Positions 62,391 through 64,000 of a stretch of DNA of 64,000 bases are shown here, one piece after another. The position numbers were made by a program, and so were the translations under genes. The notes under the pieces are model-generated. The model had not been told where the DNA came from, did no database searches, and saw only the letters and a list, made by a program, of their open reading frames with translations. Source of the DNA: an uncultured candidate division Zixibacteria bacterium (GTDB taxonomy: Bacteria > Zixibacteria > MSB-5A5 > GN15 > FEB-12); the NCBI GenBank assembly GCA_963735035.1, contig CAVTJJ010000004.1:416001-480000 (forward strand). Direction: 5' to 3'. Positions within the stretch are counted from its first letter, which is position 1. Each line of letters begins with the position of its first letter.

Positions 62391-62675
62391 TCACTTTAGC
62401 TCCATCTTTATCGACAACACCTTCATCTGTTGCCCGCAACAATCGACAACCGCCTCGCGATTGAAGCGGTAGTACACCTCGCGTCCGCGTTTGTCGCTTG
62501 TCACAAGGCCGGCTCGCTTCAGAATGTCCAGATGATGCGACACCGACGGTTGGGTAATGCTGAACCGACTGCAGATATCCGACACGCACAACTCCTCATT
62601 CTTGAGCAACTCAAGAATTTTGAGCCGGGTGGGGTCACCCATCGCGAAGAAGGCCTGACAGCATTTGTTATCCAT
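62391..62675 (-). CDS. ArsR/SmtB-family regulator
   Basis: FFAMGDPTRLKILELL, ELCVSDI, TQPSVSHHLDILKRAGLV, KRGREVYY, with N- and C-terminal CC pairs. Confidence 0.93.
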   Translation of the reverse strand: MDNKCCQAFFAMGDPTRLKILELLKNEELCVSDICSRFSITQPSVSHHLDILKRAGLVTSDKRGREVYYRFNREAVVDCCGQQMKVLSIKMELK

Positions 62676-62690
62676 AGTCAATTCTCATCA

Positions 62691-62706
62691 ATAGACATCT
62701 GTCTAT
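62691..62706. promoter_or_regulatory. Candidate ArsR operator
   Basis: Perfect 7-2-7 inverted repeat ATAGACA-TC-TGTCTAT just upstream of the ArsR start. Confidence 0.65.
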
Positions 62707-62973
62707 ACGTCAATATATCGACTTCGGTTTCGAAAATCAAAGGGAAAACTGTAAACGGTCCCAAAAATATTTCGAGGTCGCGTCCCGGGGGGTTCAATTT
62801 CGGCCTGGCGTACCGACAGGTACGCCGAAACGACCCTCCGACGACGAGGTTTCTTTGCTTCAAGTGTTGTCCTTCCAGCAAGTTAGGACTGTATCAACGG
62901 GCCGGCACGAAGCTTGATCCCGGTATTAGCGAAAAGCAAAATTAATTCCTCGATGGAAAGGAGATAGTCCGCA

Positions 62974-64000
62974 ATGTTCAGAAGAATAGTAATACCGTTC
63001 GCGCTGACGGCGCTGTCGATTTGGGCCGCCGGCTGCTCGAAAAACCCGGCGAATCCGGCCGCTGACGCGACTCCGGCCGCGACCCAGGATTTCGGAGGCT
63101 ACACAGCCACTAATGAGGCTCCGGCTTTCGGAGATCAGGAACTACTGAATACTCAGGGCTCGGGAGAAGAAGTGTCCGACCCGATCTTAAGCAGTCCGAC
63201 CACCCTGGAAGTCGTCAATGACGTCAATGCCGGCATCTTCCATTTCCGGGCTGTCTGGGGACGGATACCGTACGATTCCACGATTACAACTGTCACCGAC
63301 TGGACCGGCTCACTGACAATTTCTCGCGGCGCCATCGTGTTGCGGAGAGTGATTCAATTTGAGCTGGGTCAGGATTACATCCTGCCGCGCACCGACCGTA
63401 CCCTGCTACAGTGGGTATCGTTCACCGGGCCGCATCATGACGGCGTAGCGGTCGATCTGTTTGTGCCGCCCGCGCCGCCGACTTTCGACAGCAGCTGGGT
63501 TCCTGCTGACGGTGACTCTGTGCTCGTGATCGACACAATACCGGCTACACCTGTAACGCTTACTTTCGCTACCGGTCCTTACACCAGGACCTTCACACTG
63601 GCTGAATTGGCCTCGCTGGATGAAGTGATTACGCTTGAAGACGGCAACAGTGTGGCGTTTCAGAGTATCCAGATATTCCGCAATGTCTGTCCGCGCGGAG
63701 TACTCGCAGGTAAGTGGGGATATGACGAAGAGGGCAAGGGCATATTCAAAGGATTCTGGATGTCTGGCGCCGGCCATCTGGTTGGCCATCTCGAAGGCAA
63801 CTTCGGTCAGGACAGTCTGGGCGTGAATGTGTTCTTCGGCAAGTGGATTGATGCCTCAGGTCAGTTCCAGGGATTCCTTCGTGGCACCTGGGGCCACAAG
63901 CCTCCGACTGCCAATGACGACTCCCGCGGGAAAGGGCCGGGTGGATGGTTTGCCGGCGGAATTTTCGACGGGAACGGCAATGAGATCGGAGTACTGGCCG
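62974..64000 (+). CDS. Hypothetical lipoprotein, runs off the window
   Basis: Not in the ORF track. AAGGAG RBS plus MFRRIVIPFALTALSIWAAGCSKNP, continuing QDFGGYTATNEAPAFGD. Frame appears open toward the window end. Confidence 0.75.
   Translation, partial: MFRRIVIPFALTALSIWAAGCSKNPANPAADATPAATQDFGGYTATNEAPAFGDQELLNTQGSGEEVSDPILSSPTTLEVVNDVNAGIFHFRAVWGRIPYDSTITTVTDWTGSLTISRGAIVLRRVIQFELGQDYILPRTDRTLLQWVSFTGPHHDGVAVDLFVPPAPPTFDSSWVPADGDSVLVIDTIPATPVTLTFATGPYTRTFTLAELASLDEVITLEDGNSVAFQSIQIFRNVCPRGVLAGKWGYDEEGKGIFKGFWMSGAGHLVGHLEGNFGQDSLGVNVFFGKWIDASGQFQGFLRGTWGHKPPTANDDSRGKGPGGWFAGGIFDGNGNEIGVLA

Overview
Bacterial chromosomal window (high GC, probably candidate phylum Zixibacteria, inferred from a C-terminal dockerin-like domain). 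It is mostly housekeeping and metabolic genes: rsmB, class II RNR nrdJ with tandem NrdR boxes, metK/ahcY, PTS EI/HPr, dprA, obgE, tmk, asnS and murQ. It also holds a partial IS30 element, two arrays of a 200-bp composite REP unit, and many families of short palindromic REPs. The standout is a minimal type II-C CRISPR cassette at about 56200-59980: tracrRNA, an intact 1035-aa cas9 and an 8-repeat array starting 15 bp after the cas9 stop, with no cas1/cas2 or leader. Each repeat carries sigma70-like -35 and -10 boxes, and the anti-repeat copy is positioned to act as the cas9 promoter. Repeat substitutions fall only where tracrRNA pairing tolerates them. Four of seven spacers fall into two overlapping pairs that read as the 5' region of a secreted or membrane protein gene. 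The last repeat is fused to a genomic GTAG-type REP. Several genes, including essential asnS, have +1 frameshifts that are most likely long-read consensus errors. All calls come from reading the sequence and motifs; no database searches were run.
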